Source: Candidatus Pacearchaeota archaeon
GTDB lineage: Archaea > Nanobdellota > Nanobdellia > Pacearchaeales > GW2011-AR1
DNA length: 64,000 nucleotides
Reading direction: 5' to 3'
Assembly: GCA_016181885.1 (NCBI GenBank)
Contig: JACOYJ010000001.1
Coordinates: forward strand, 2,792-66,791
The notes under the pieces are model-generated. The model worked only from the letters and a program-made list of their open reading frames with translations. It was not told where the DNA came from and made no database searches. Shown here piece after piece: positions 1 to 8,494 of this stretch. Position 1 is the stretch's first letter. Every line of letters starts with the position of its first letter. A program made the position numbers and the translations under genes.

Positions 1-246
1 TGCAGTTAAATTTGTCGACGACTCCTCTAATTTATTTAAAATCTCTCTTGTCGAATCGTCCGGCAAAATTATTTTAGGGGAATATTTAAAGGAAACCCTC
101 TCGAAATCTCCAAAACCTGATATTGAGTTGTCTCCAACGATAATCAATTCTAAGTCTTTATGCTCCTTTAAAACCCGATGAATCGCTTTAGACAAAACCT
201 TATTTCCTTGTTCGGTCATGGCATCAAGAGCTATTCTTTTTATCAT
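1..246 (-). CDS. Partial CDS (N-terminal 82 aa, runs off the window); PlsX/phosphate acyltransferase-like N-terminus
   Basis: Own minus-strand translation from ATG at 246: MIKRIALDAMTEQGNKVLSKAIHRVLKEHKDLELIIVGDN... It resembles the PlsX N-terminus (IAVDAMGGD...L.LVGD), but GGD is replaced by TEQ. Absent from the ORF track because it is truncated. Confidence 0.3.
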   Translation of the reverse strand, partial: MIKRIALDAMTEQGNKVLSKAIHRVLKEHKDLELIIVGDNSISGFGDFERVSFKYSPKIILPDDSTREILNKLEESSTNLTA

Positions 247-278
247 TTTAATTTTAAAATAGAATCCTTTAAAAGTAT

Positions 279-1181
279 ATGTTTTGTAGAGAAAATATGA
301 TAAATTTATCTGAATTAAAAAGCAAAAAATCAATAAAAGAGCTCCTTGAATTTGGAATAATAAATATAGATAAGCCCAGCGGGCCCACTTCATTTAATGT
401 TTCTGAGTTCGTCATGAAAAAGCTAAACCTAAGAAAGACCTCGCATTTTGGAACATTAGACCCAAAAGTCACGGGAGTTTTGCCTATTGCATTAAACCGC
501 GCATGCAAACTTACAGGATATTTTCTTGGAGAAGATAAAGCTTATGTTGGAATTATGAGGCTACATGATAAAATACCTATGGAAAAACTAAGAGAAGTCA
601 TAAAAGAAAAATTTACAGGAAAGATTAAACAAACTCCACCGGTAAAATCCAGAGTTGCTAGAATTGAAAGGGAAAGGGAAATTAAAAACTTTGAAATACT
701 TGAACAAGATGGAAAGGATTTTTTATTTTTAGTTCATGTGCAGGGCGGAACCTACATTAGAAAGCTATGTGATGATTTGGGAAAAGAACTGGAAATAGGA
801 GCACATATGCTTGAATTGAGAAGAATAAGGGCTGGAATATTTGAAGAAAACAGCGAAGAATATCCTTCTGGAAATCTTTATGATTTTGAAAAAGCTGTTG
901 ATGAGTACAAAAACGGAAATGAAAAACTATTGAGAGAAATGATTATTCCTGGAGAAATAATAACAAAGCTTCATCCGATAGTTGAAATTGATGAGGAATG
1001 TGCTGAAAGAGTCTTAAGAGGACAGCCAATTTATGAAAAAAACTTGGTTAAGAGAGTTAAGATTGAGGAAGGTAAAAAGATAAGCGCATTCTCAGGAGAT
1101 AGGTTTATAGGCATGTTTAGAGTTGTGAATGAAGGCGGGATATTTGCAAAGAGTGAGTTTACGATGCAGGAGATGCGCTAG
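279..1181 (+). CDS. cbf5: tRNA/rRNA pseudouridine synthase Cbf5 (TruB catalytic domain + PUA)
   Basis: INIDKPSGPTS and HFGTLDPKVTGVLPIAL TruB motifs; GGTYIRKL; C-terminal PUA-like region. Alternative ATG at 297. Confidence 0.9.
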   Translation: MFCRENMINLSELKSKKSIKELLEFGIINIDKPSGPTSFNVSEFVMKKLNLRKTSHFGTLDPKVTGVLPIALNRACKLTGYFLGEDKAYVGIMRLHDKIPMEKLREVIKEKFTGKIKQTPPVKSRVARIEREREIKNFEILEQDGKDFLFLVHVQGGTYIRKLCDDLGKELEIGAHMLELRRIRAGIFEENSEEYPSGNLYDFEKAVDEYKNGNEKLLREMIIPGEIITKLHPIVEIDEECAERVLRGQPIYEKNLVKRVKIEEGKKISAFSGDRFIGMFRVVNEGGIFAKSEFTMQEMR

Positions 1182-1480
1182 TAAAGAACTCTTACTGGAA
1201 AAATAAGCACAAGGATAAAAAATAAAAAAATTGTTAATATAATTGATAAAAGAATAATAGATACTAGGCTAAGCTTCAGTTTATTTCTTTTTTTAAGATT
1301 ATAAAGAATGCTTAAGAAAATTAATCCTGCAAATAAAGAGAATATTAAGTGTATAATAAGATGTCTTAATTGTGAATCAAAGATTGTAATATAACTATCA
1401 CTTGGGCCAAAACATCCAGGAATGTTTCCACAACCTTCTTGAATTTTAATAAAACTCATAGTAATTAAAGCGATTTTCAT
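1178..1480 (-). CDS. Hypothetical small membrane protein
   Basis: 100-aa ORF with two hydrophobic helices; fills the gap between Cbf5 and the toxin-antitoxin pair. Confidence 0.35.
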   Translation of the reverse strand: MKIALITMSFIKIQEGCGNIPGCFGPSDSYITIFDSQLRHLIIHLIFSLFAGLIFLSILYNLKKRNKLKLSLVSIILLSIILTIFLFFILVLIFPVRVLY

Positions 1481-1636
1481 AATTTAAATCTATCGAAGAC
1501 TTCAAAAACTTTAATAATATCATTCATTTTTAAATAAAATGAGACATTTAATCTCTTTTTCAGCACAGAAACATTTAAATACATTAAATACATTAAATAA
1601 ATACAAGCAATTAAATATTTTAAATAAAACACGAAA

Positions 1637-1858
1637 ATGCCAACAATAACACTATCTGTTCCAGAGGATATAAAAAAAGAGATGGATGAGTTTAGAGATA
1701 TTAATTGGTCAGCGGTAGCTAGAGAAGCTATCAAAAGCAGGCTTTCACAACTTGTTCTTTTTAGATCAATTGTTTCCAAATCTAAGTTAACCGAAAAAGA
1801 TGCTTTAGAAATAGGGAAAAAAATAAATGCCTCTCTGCACGAAAGATATAAAAAATAA
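1637..1858 (+). CDS. Ribbon-helix-helix / VapB-like antitoxin
   Basis: MPTITLSVPEDIKKEMDEF..NWSAVAREAI is a typical RHH N-terminus. Located 12-18 nt upstream of a PIN gene. Confidence 0.6.
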   Translation: MPTITLSVPEDIKKEMDEFRDINWSAVAREAIKSRLSQLVLFRSIVSKSKLTEKDALEIGKKINASLHERYKK

Positions 1859-1876
1859 AAATCCAAATAATTGTTA

Positions 1877-2284
1877 ATGGAAGTAGTCATAGATGCTAAT
1901 GAAGTCATTTCCGCACTAATTTCTTCTTCTGGCAAAACAGCCGAGATAATATTTTCTGGCAAATTAAAGTTGTTTGCGCCAGAATATCTGCTTGGAGAAA
2001 TAAACAATCATAAAAGCGAAATTCTGCAAAAATCTGGGTTATCAAAAGCAGAGCTAGATATGCTATTGTCTTTGATTTTTTTAAATATAGAATTTATCCC
2101 ATTTTTCGAATTTGAAAAATTTGAGGAAGAAGCCTCTAAAATTTGCCAAGATCCCAATGATACAGAGTATTTTAGCTTGGCATTAAAACTTGGCTGTTCC
2201 ATTTGGAGTAATGATAAAAGATTAAAAGAACAAAATAAAGTTAAAGTTTATAATACAACTGAATTAATTGGTTTATTAAAATGA
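1877..2284 (+). CDS. PIN-domain protein (VapC-like toxin)
   Basis: MEVVIDANEVISALI... acidic PIN N-terminus and C-terminal SNDKRL; follows the RHH gene. The track start at 1871 is TTG; the ATG is at 1877. Confidence 0.65.
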   Translation: MEVVIDANEVISALISSSGKTAEIIFSGKLKLFAPEYLLGEINNHKSEILQKSGLSKAELDMLLSLIFLNIEFIPFFEFEKFEEEASKICQDPNDTEYFSLALKLGCSIWSNDKRLKEQNKVKVYNTTELIGLLK

Positions 2285-2862
2285 GACATTTCATATATTT
2301 TTCGGCGAGTGCGCGAACATACGGGAATTTTGACGTTAATAGGCTAATGGAAGCGGGAAGAATGGATATTGCGATCCATAGCTTAATACAGGGGCTTTTC
2401 TTGAGCCATGATTTTAGAAAAGATGCGGTTTTTCATCTTGTTTTTTATGGAATGCCAGACCCTCCAAAACATATTGAAATACAAGTTGAAGAAGGAACTC
2501 CTATAAGCAAGAAAGATATAGGAAATTTGATAAAAAAAATTCTCTACAAATACAAAGAAGGGCAAAAAAATGAAGTCTTTCCCGGGTGTTTTGTTGAAAA
2601 AAAATCTTTACTTAACGTCGTTAATGATTTAAAGAAGCAAGGCAGCGAAATATTTTTACTTGATAAAAAGGGCAGAAATCTAAGAGAGGTTAAAATTAAT
2701 GATAACTGCGCTTTTATTATTGGAGATCACGAAGGACTTCCTAAAAAAGAAATGAAAAGGCTTAAAGAAACTGCGACGCTGGTTTCTGTTGGAAATAAAG
2801 TTTATTTTGCATCGCAGGTTGTTGCAATTGTTAATAATGAACTTGATTTTAGGGAAATTTGA
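2281..2862 (+). CDS. trmY: tRNA (pseudouridine54-N1)-methyltransferase TrmY (SPOUT, DUF358)
   Basis: GRMDIAIHSL..LFLSHDFRKDAVFHLVFYGMPDPPKHIEI and FIIGDHEGL match the TrmY pattern (GR.D...R...FFLSHD.R.DVVF...YG.P.PP; FIIGDH.G). Confidence 0.85.
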   Translation: MRHFIYFSASARTYGNFDVNRLMEAGRMDIAIHSLIQGLFLSHDFRKDAVFHLVFYGMPDPPKHIEIQVEEGTPISKKDIGNLIKKILYKYKEGQKNEVFPGCFVEKKSLLNVVNDLKKQGSEIFLLDKKGRNLREVKINDNCAFIIGDHEGLPKKEMKRLKETATLVSVGNKVYFASQVVAIVNNELDFREI

Positions 2863-3115
2863 TGATAAAAAATGCGCCAGCTTTGACAAGTTTCTCACCT
2901 ATGAAAACAAGTTAATGAAAAAAATTTTAGCTTGGTTAATATGTTTTGATTTAATTGCTCTCGTTTGACTATGTAAAAACGCTTGGCTAAGAAAAAAATA
3001 ATAATTCGCGGGATATTTTTCACATATGGTTAATAGGTTAACTAAATAACATTAATATGATCTAATTTTTTATTAACATTATGTCAGCTTGTAAAATCTA
3101 TTCTGGATAAATAAT

Positions 3116-3556
3116 TCAACGCTTTCCGTATTTCTTCTTACCAATATACCAACTAACTAAAACCACGAAAAATCCAAAGATTATTGCATAAATCATTACT
3201 TCTACCCAATTGTTAAAAGCGAGAATTCCTATAACCGCGAAAACTACCACTGCAGTCATGACTATTGTTGAGGTTATTTTTAGAGGAACTAAACGCTTAT
3301 TCTGCTCTTTTTCAATTATCCTCCTTATCTTCCTAGAATTAATAACACCTGCGAAAAAACCAACCCAACTAAAAAATAAAACAAATCCTATATGGTAGGT
3401 GGAAAAAATAAATTTTACAAGTGCGCAGGGAGCTTTGCCCTGAATTGTTACACACTTCCAGCTGCCTGCTTCATAACCTATAGCAAATAAGATAATCCAT
3501 AATCCTAAAAAAGCTACTAAAAACCCAATCAGCCCCCCCTTAATCCACGGTTTCAT
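3116..3556 (-). CDS. Hypothetical multi-pass membrane protein
   Basis: 146-aa ORF with about four hydrophobic helices. Confidence 0.5.
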   Translation of the reverse strand: MKPWIKGGLIGFLVAFLGLWIILFAIGYEAGSWKCVTIQGKAPCALVKFIFSTYHIGFVLFFSWVGFFAGVINSRKIRRIIEKEQNKRLVPLKITSTIVMTAVVVFAVIGILAFNNWVEVMIYAIIFGFFVVLVSWYIGKKKYGKR

Positions 3557-3965
3557 AATTAAAACTAGTGAAGATTATATTTAAAGGTTTTGAAAAAGAT
3601 TTTGAAAAGATCATTATTATGAAAAAACTTCCGTAACTAAATCTGGGTGTTATGTTTAACGTATGGCATTTTACGAAGTTTCCCGTAGGGAAATTTGGGC
3701 TAATTTCTGGTCTGCACGAGGCAGATTTGCGAAGCAAAAAGAAATTACCTCCTAATCTGCTGTTGGGAGATTTTTCTCATAGAGAAAAACACGAGCTGGC
3801 TCACAAAGAGCCCTCGTGAGTCACAGATGAGTGGATGGTGGGTTTTGTCTAAAACCAAATGAATTTGAGAAATCGCCCTTTTTTGTTTCTTTTTTCTAAA
3901 AAGAAAATGGGGGAGTTCCGAGAAGAAGCGTTACATTTATATAAAATTAGGTTTTAATCTATTGT

Positions 3966-5258
3966 ATGAAGGTAAGTTGTGTCATTCCAGCATTCAATGA
4001 AGAGTCGACAATTATCAATGTAATCAAAAATGTAAAGAAAGTTAAAGTAATAAATGAGATTATAGTTGTTGATGATGGTTCTACTGACAATACTTATAAA
4101 AATGCAAAATCAGAGGAAGTTAAAGTAATTAAACACACTCAAAATAAAGGAAAAGGTGCAGCTATCAAAACCGGAGTGTCGCACTCCTCTGGAGAGATTA
4201 TCTTGTTTCTTGATGCGGATTTATATTCAATTTCGCCAAAGAAGATTGCATCAATCCTTCAACCGCTTGAAAGTGATGATGCTGATTTTGTTAAAACTTC
4301 TTTTGCAAGAGCAAGAGGCAGAGTTACAGAGCTTGTAGTAAAACCATTGTTTAGTGTAATTTTTCCATTCATAAAATTTAACCAGCCACTGAGCGGACAA
4401 TTTGCAATTAAAAGAGATTTGCTGAAGGAATTAAAAATTGATGATAAATGGGGTGTTGATATACAGATACTGCTTCAATTAGTGAAAAAAGGAGTGCGAA
4501 TATCAGAAGTGGATATAGGAAAACTGAAGCATAAAAAGCAACCTATAGAAAATTTAACTATCATGTCAGAGCAGGTTATCAAGACTATATTATCTGAATT
4601 AGGAATTATAGCCAATAAGCACAAACTCGTGATATTTGATTTTGATAAAACACTCATAAGAGAAAGCAGTATTGAAATAGTTGCAAAAGAATTTGGATTT
4701 AAGAGAGAACTTCAAAAACTGAGAGCGGATTATGAAAATGGGAAAATTAAAGATTATAATATAACATTAGAACTTACAAATCTCATTAAGGGAAAAACAG
4801 AAAAAGATTTTGAAAAAGTTATTGAGAATATAAATCTAAGAAGAACAGCAAAAGGTACGATTGAGAGACTTAAAAAAAGACAGTATGAAGTGAGCATTAT
4901 TTCTGTTGCTTTTTCTCCTATTATCCATTATTTTGCTGATATGGTTGGAATAGATAAAAATAATATCATTTGTCCTATTTTGATAACTGATAAGAACGGA
5001 AAATATACTGGAGAAGTTATTGCAAAGACAAAATATCATTCAAAATGCTGTGATAAGATTATCTGCAAGGCTGATGCTGCTAAAGAACTTATGAAAAAGT
5101 TAAATGTTAAGCCAGAAGAATGCATTGCGGTCGGTGATGGAAAATCTGATGAATGTTTGTTTCGTGTGTGTGGTCTCTCTTTGGCATATAAACCAATCAC
5201 TTCTATAGGAGATGTTAAGATTTTGAATTTAGCAGAAGTCCTGATATATGCAGAATGA
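3966..5258 (+). CDS. Fusion protein: glucosyl-3-phosphoglycerate synthase-like glycosyltransferase (N-terminal) + HAD/SerB-like phosphatase (C-terminal)
   Basis: N-terminal half: IPAFNEE, VVDDGSTD, FLDADL, RGRVTELVVKPLF....QPLSGQFA..R.LL......WGVDI.ILL, as in GpgS (GT81). C-terminal half: VIFDFDKTL (DxDxT) and GDGKSDE HAD motifs. Confidence 0.7.
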   Translation: MKVSCVIPAFNEESTIINVIKNVKKVKVINEIIVVDDGSTDNTYKNAKSEEVKVIKHTQNKGKGAAIKTGVSHSSGEIILFLDADLYSISPKKIASILQPLESDDADFVKTSFARARGRVTELVVKPLFSVIFPFIKFNQPLSGQFAIKRDLLKELKIDDKWGVDIQILLQLVKKGVRISEVDIGKLKHKKQPIENLTIMSEQVIKTILSELGIIANKHKLVIFDFDKTLIRESSIEIVAKEFGFKRELQKLRADYENGKIKDYNITLELTNLIKGKTEKDFEKVIENINLRRTAKGTIERLKKRQYEVSIISVAFSPIIHYFADMVGIDKNNIICPILITDKNGKYTGEVIAKTKYHSKCCDKIICKADAAKELMKKLNVKPEECIAVGDGKSDECLFRVCGLSLAYKPITSIGDVKILNLAEVLIYAE

Positions 5259-5968
5259 TTGTAAGGAACTCCCCATTAATCAAATGTTGGCAAAAATTTG
5301 GGAAGAACGTCAGCGAACCTTTTATCCTTTGTTATGCAAAGTGCGGAGCATTTTTTGAGTTTTGTTTTGGTTTGATAAGAGAAGTTTTTATCTGAAACGA
5401 AGTTTCAGCTATTTGTCCGAAGAACTGCGGACAATCTCTCACTATCTTTGGGCGGGGGAGCAACTTCGTGGTAGGCAGTAACTAAAAATAAAAATAAGCC
5501 GTGCGAAGTTGTGAGTTAGAAAGAAAAATTAAAATTTGGGCGAAGCCAAGCAAAATATGCGATTAAGAGAAGCGGTAATCTCCATAAATTTCCCTTCCTA
5601 TTTCGAATATCTTTCTCATCCCTATTATTCTATAGTAAGTGACATAAGTTTTTTACCATTTATTGACGATACAATTATATCAAAAAATCAAAATTAATCC
5701 TTATTGAGATATTTGCCGAAGATAACTTTAGCTAAATTAAGACAATGATTAACCTATTGAGGATATTCTAATTATTTTATCAACGATAAGCTAATAAAAA
5801 TTATTTATATTCTGGGAGAATATTAATGTCTTTTGCTATATTTCAATCCATTTTATCACTTAAAAAATTATTTTAATAGCATATGAAGATCCTGTTGTTA
5901 ATTTCCAGTACAAATGACTTTCAACAATTAATCAAAATATTTAATAACAATCCAAAATTATCCTATTT

Positions 5969-6244
5969 ATGAAAAAATCAATTAGGGTTTATGTTACTGG
6001 AACAGTTCAGGGGGTATTTTTCAGAGGTTTTATAAAGGAAAATGCCGAAAGAAACAACGTCAAGGGGTTTGCAAGAAACCTTGAAGACGGCAGAGTTGAA
6101 ATATTTCTCGAGGGAAATTCAGAAGATGTCAACAGGATGCTTGAAGTTGTAAGGGCTGGACCAAAACACGCGCAAATCAGGAATGTTGAAACAAAAGAGG
6201 AAAAATTCCAGGGCTTCAAAAACTTTAAGGTTTTGCATTTTTGA
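5969..6244 (+). CDS. acyP: Acylphosphatase
   Basis: 91 aa; VTGTVQGVFFRGF....A....V.GFARNLEDGRVEI..EG is the canonical acylphosphatase signature. Confidence 0.85.
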   Translation: MKKSIRVYVTGTVQGVFFRGFIKENAERNNVKGFARNLEDGRVEIFLEGNSEDVNRMLEVVRAGPKHAQIRNVETKEEKFQGFKNFKVLHF

Positions 6245-6249
6245 AGTTT

Positions 6250-6591
6250 TTAATAATAATCTCTAACTAATTTTTCCACCTTTGAACTCCAGATATCATT
6301 CCTACTATAGACCTCAACTGATTGAATATCGTGATTGTAGCGATGAACATTTGCTTTGTAAACAAGCAAACCATCTTGATAAATTTCCATATTGTTACGG
6401 AAGTTGTCTGATGTAAGTGTGTTTCTCCATCTATGAGTAACTGCGGACAAACAGTCTAATTTAAAGGTAGCGGTCCACCATTCATCCAATAAGCCCATTA
6501 ACCATTTTTTGTCTTTTGACTCATTTCCCAAACTTATAACTAAATCAAAAAATTTTCCCATTATTTCATCCCTAATCAATTTCTGAGCCAT
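6250..6591 (-). CDS. Hypothetical protein
   Basis: 113-aa ORF that does not overlap neighbouring genes; no recognised motif. Confidence 0.4.
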   Translation of the reverse strand: MAQKLIRDEIMGKFFDLVISLGNESKDKKWLMGLLDEWWTATFKLDCLSAVTHRWRNTLTSDNFRNNMEIYQDGLLVYKANVHRYNHDIQSVEVYSRNDIWSSKVEKLVRDYY

Positions 6592-6664
6592 AGTCTAAAC
6601 AACATCCATTGGTTTAAATATTTTTCATAGTAAAATTTATATCCGTGCCTTAACAAATGTAATT

Positions 6665-7087
6665 ATGATTTATACTAACTCGGACGGCGGCGCAAGAGGA
6701 AATCCCGGGCCGGGAGCTATTGCTGTCATTGTTCGTGACGAGGGAAAAATATTGACAAAATATAGCGCCTTTATAGGTGAGAGAGTAACTAACAATATTG
6801 CAGAATATGAGGCCTTGATTAAAGCGCTGGAGTTGGCTTCTAAATTTGGAAAAGAAATAACCTGCGTTCTTGACTCAGAACTCGTAGTTAATCAGCTTCT
6901 TGGAAAATATAAAGTTCATCACCCTAATCTGCTTGCATTGTTTCTTAAAGTTCAGAAATTGCAGGAAAGATACGAAAAAATAATATATGTTCATGTTTCT
7001 AGGGAAGATAAGTTTCAAATTATTGCTGATGAATTGGTTAATGAAGAGTTAGATAACGCGGGATTTAGGAGATATTATAAGAAGTGA
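6665..7087 (+). CDS. rnhA: Ribonuclease HI (type 1 RNase H)
   Basis: DGGARGNPGPGAIAV, NNIAEYEALIKALELA and DSELVVNQL correspond to the RNase H1 DEDD-fold motifs. Confidence 0.8.
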   Translation: MIYTNSDGGARGNPGPGAIAVIVRDEGKILTKYSAFIGERVTNNIAEYEALIKALELASKFGKEITCVLDSELVVNQLLGKYKVHHPNLLALFLKVQKLQERYEKIIYVHVSREDKFQIIADELVNEELDNAGFRRYYKK

Positions 7088-7191
7088 AGTTTAATTTTAT
7101 GTACTTAGTTACATGTAAATTATGTACTTAGTAACATATGCGACATAGTAGCGAAAAGAGTATATGCTTAATTAGATTTAATACCTTATAA

Positions 7192-7506
7192 TTAAGAAGA
7201 AGCAATACAATCTTTTATAGTTTCTTCTATTAGTTTATTCGCCTCTAAAATTGGAAATTTAACATCTGTATATCTTTTTATTTTCTTGTTGAAATTTTTT
7301 AATGCTTCTTGCCTTATTTTATCTTTATCTTTATCATTCCAGTTAAATTCTTGCGCCATTTCAAGAGCATTATCTCTATATGTGCCTATTTCTTCTAATA
7401 GATGATGCACTGATTCTGGCTTGTTTGTATATTTAACTAGAATCTTGTGGACAACTACATTGCCAATAATATTCCCTAGAATTTTTATAATTCTATTTTT
7501 TCCCAT
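7192..7506 (-). CDS. Hypothetical protein, downstream partner of the nucleotidyltransferase gene
   Basis: 104-aa helical ORF overlapping the upstream NTase gene by 22 nt. Confidence 0.4.
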   Translation of the reverse strand: MGKNRIIKILGNIIGNVVVHKILVKYTNKPESVHHLLEEIGTYRDNALEMAQEFNWNDKDKDKIRQEALKNFNKKIKRYTDVKFPILEANKLIEETIKDCIASS

Positions 7507-8312
7507 AATTCATCTCCTATCTCTTTTTCAGTTTGCTCTAATAAGGTTTTCAGGCAGCTTAAAGCTATTTTTCTATCAATATTAGATTCCTGATTATTTT
7601 TTAATCTTTCAAGCAGGTTTTTTCCGATTTCTTCATTTAAAGATTCTCTCAATTTTCTGTTATCAATTATCTTTTTAAGCAACAATTTAACAAGAATAAT
7701 ATTCCTTAATGCTTTATAAATCTCAATGCCTTTTGGATTATCTTCTAGATCGCTCCAATCCAGTTTCATTTTTAGGTCAATATTGTAAAGTTCTATTTTA
7801 TTCTTTAAATTTAATCTGCCATAAATCACTTTTTTATCTTTAAGCTGGTAGATTAAGGAAGGGCTATGGGGATAATTTTTCTCTATGGCCTTTTTATCAT
7901 AAAGCTCAATGTCTGCTTTGATATTGTGTTTATTTAATATTTCTTTTATTTCTATTATTTTCTTGTATTTTTCACTAATGGGGCTTATCTTATGTTTAGT
8001 CACAATTAAAATATCAATATCATTATACTCTTTGTAATTTGTCTGAATTGCAGAGCCATAGATAACTATTGCCTGAACATCTTTTATGCTTTTAAGTATA
8101 ATTTTCCTTAGTTTTCCTTCTATTGACTTTATTTTTTGGTTGTATTCCATTTTATCTAGCAAAAACTTTGAGTCTATTGAATTTATTTCCTTTAATTTGG
8201 GCCTAATAAATTTCGTGAGATAGTTTGAATCCACTTGGGTCAGCTTCTTATTTTTCATTTTTTTGCCTATGACTTCTAATTCCTTATTCGTGAAAATTGT
8301 GCTTTGATTCAT
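7485..8312 (-). CDS. Nucleotidyltransferase-domain protein (Pol-beta superfamily)
   Basis: VIYGSAIQTNYKEYNDIDILIV is a GS...D.D NTase motif; followed by a helical C-terminal domain. Confidence 0.6.
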   Translation of the reverse strand: MNQSTIFTNKELEVIGKKMKNKKLTQVDSNYLTKFIRPKLKEINSIDSKFLLDKMEYNQKIKSIEGKLRKIILKSIKDVQAIVIYGSAIQTNYKEYNDIDILIVTKHKISPISEKYKKIIEIKEILNKHNIKADIELYDKKAIEKNYPHSPSLIYQLKDKKVIYGRLNLKNKIELYNIDLKMKLDWSDLEDNPKGIEIYKALRNIILVKLLLKKIIDNRKLRESLNEEIGKNLLERLKNNQESNIDRKIALSCLKTLLEQTEKEIGDELWEKIEL

Positions 8313-8494
8313 ATAATTAATATATTGGTTATTAGGTATATAAATCTTTCTGCATGGTAAAAGTTATTGGGTTAATATAAATTGAGCTGTATTGGTTTTT
8401 TAAGCCGTACATTAGATTAATGTTTTCGGTTTATTTAGATGATTTGAGCTGTTGGAGAAAGTAGTTTTATAAATATCCTTTTCTTAATAATATC

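Noticed and set aside
1477-2007. 176-aa minus-strand ORF
   Set aside because: It lies antisense to the well-supported RHH/PIN pair and the promoter region. Its composition is low-complexity and AT-driven, so it is a shadow ORF.
5259-5968. SRP RNA, RNase P RNA or another known ncRNA in the 709-bp spacer
   Set aside because: I could not find the hallmark conserved motifs by eye (for example the RNase P GAGGAAAGUCC-type P4 sequence, or SRP helix-8 motifs). It is kept only as an unexplained motif-bearing region pending an Rfam scan.
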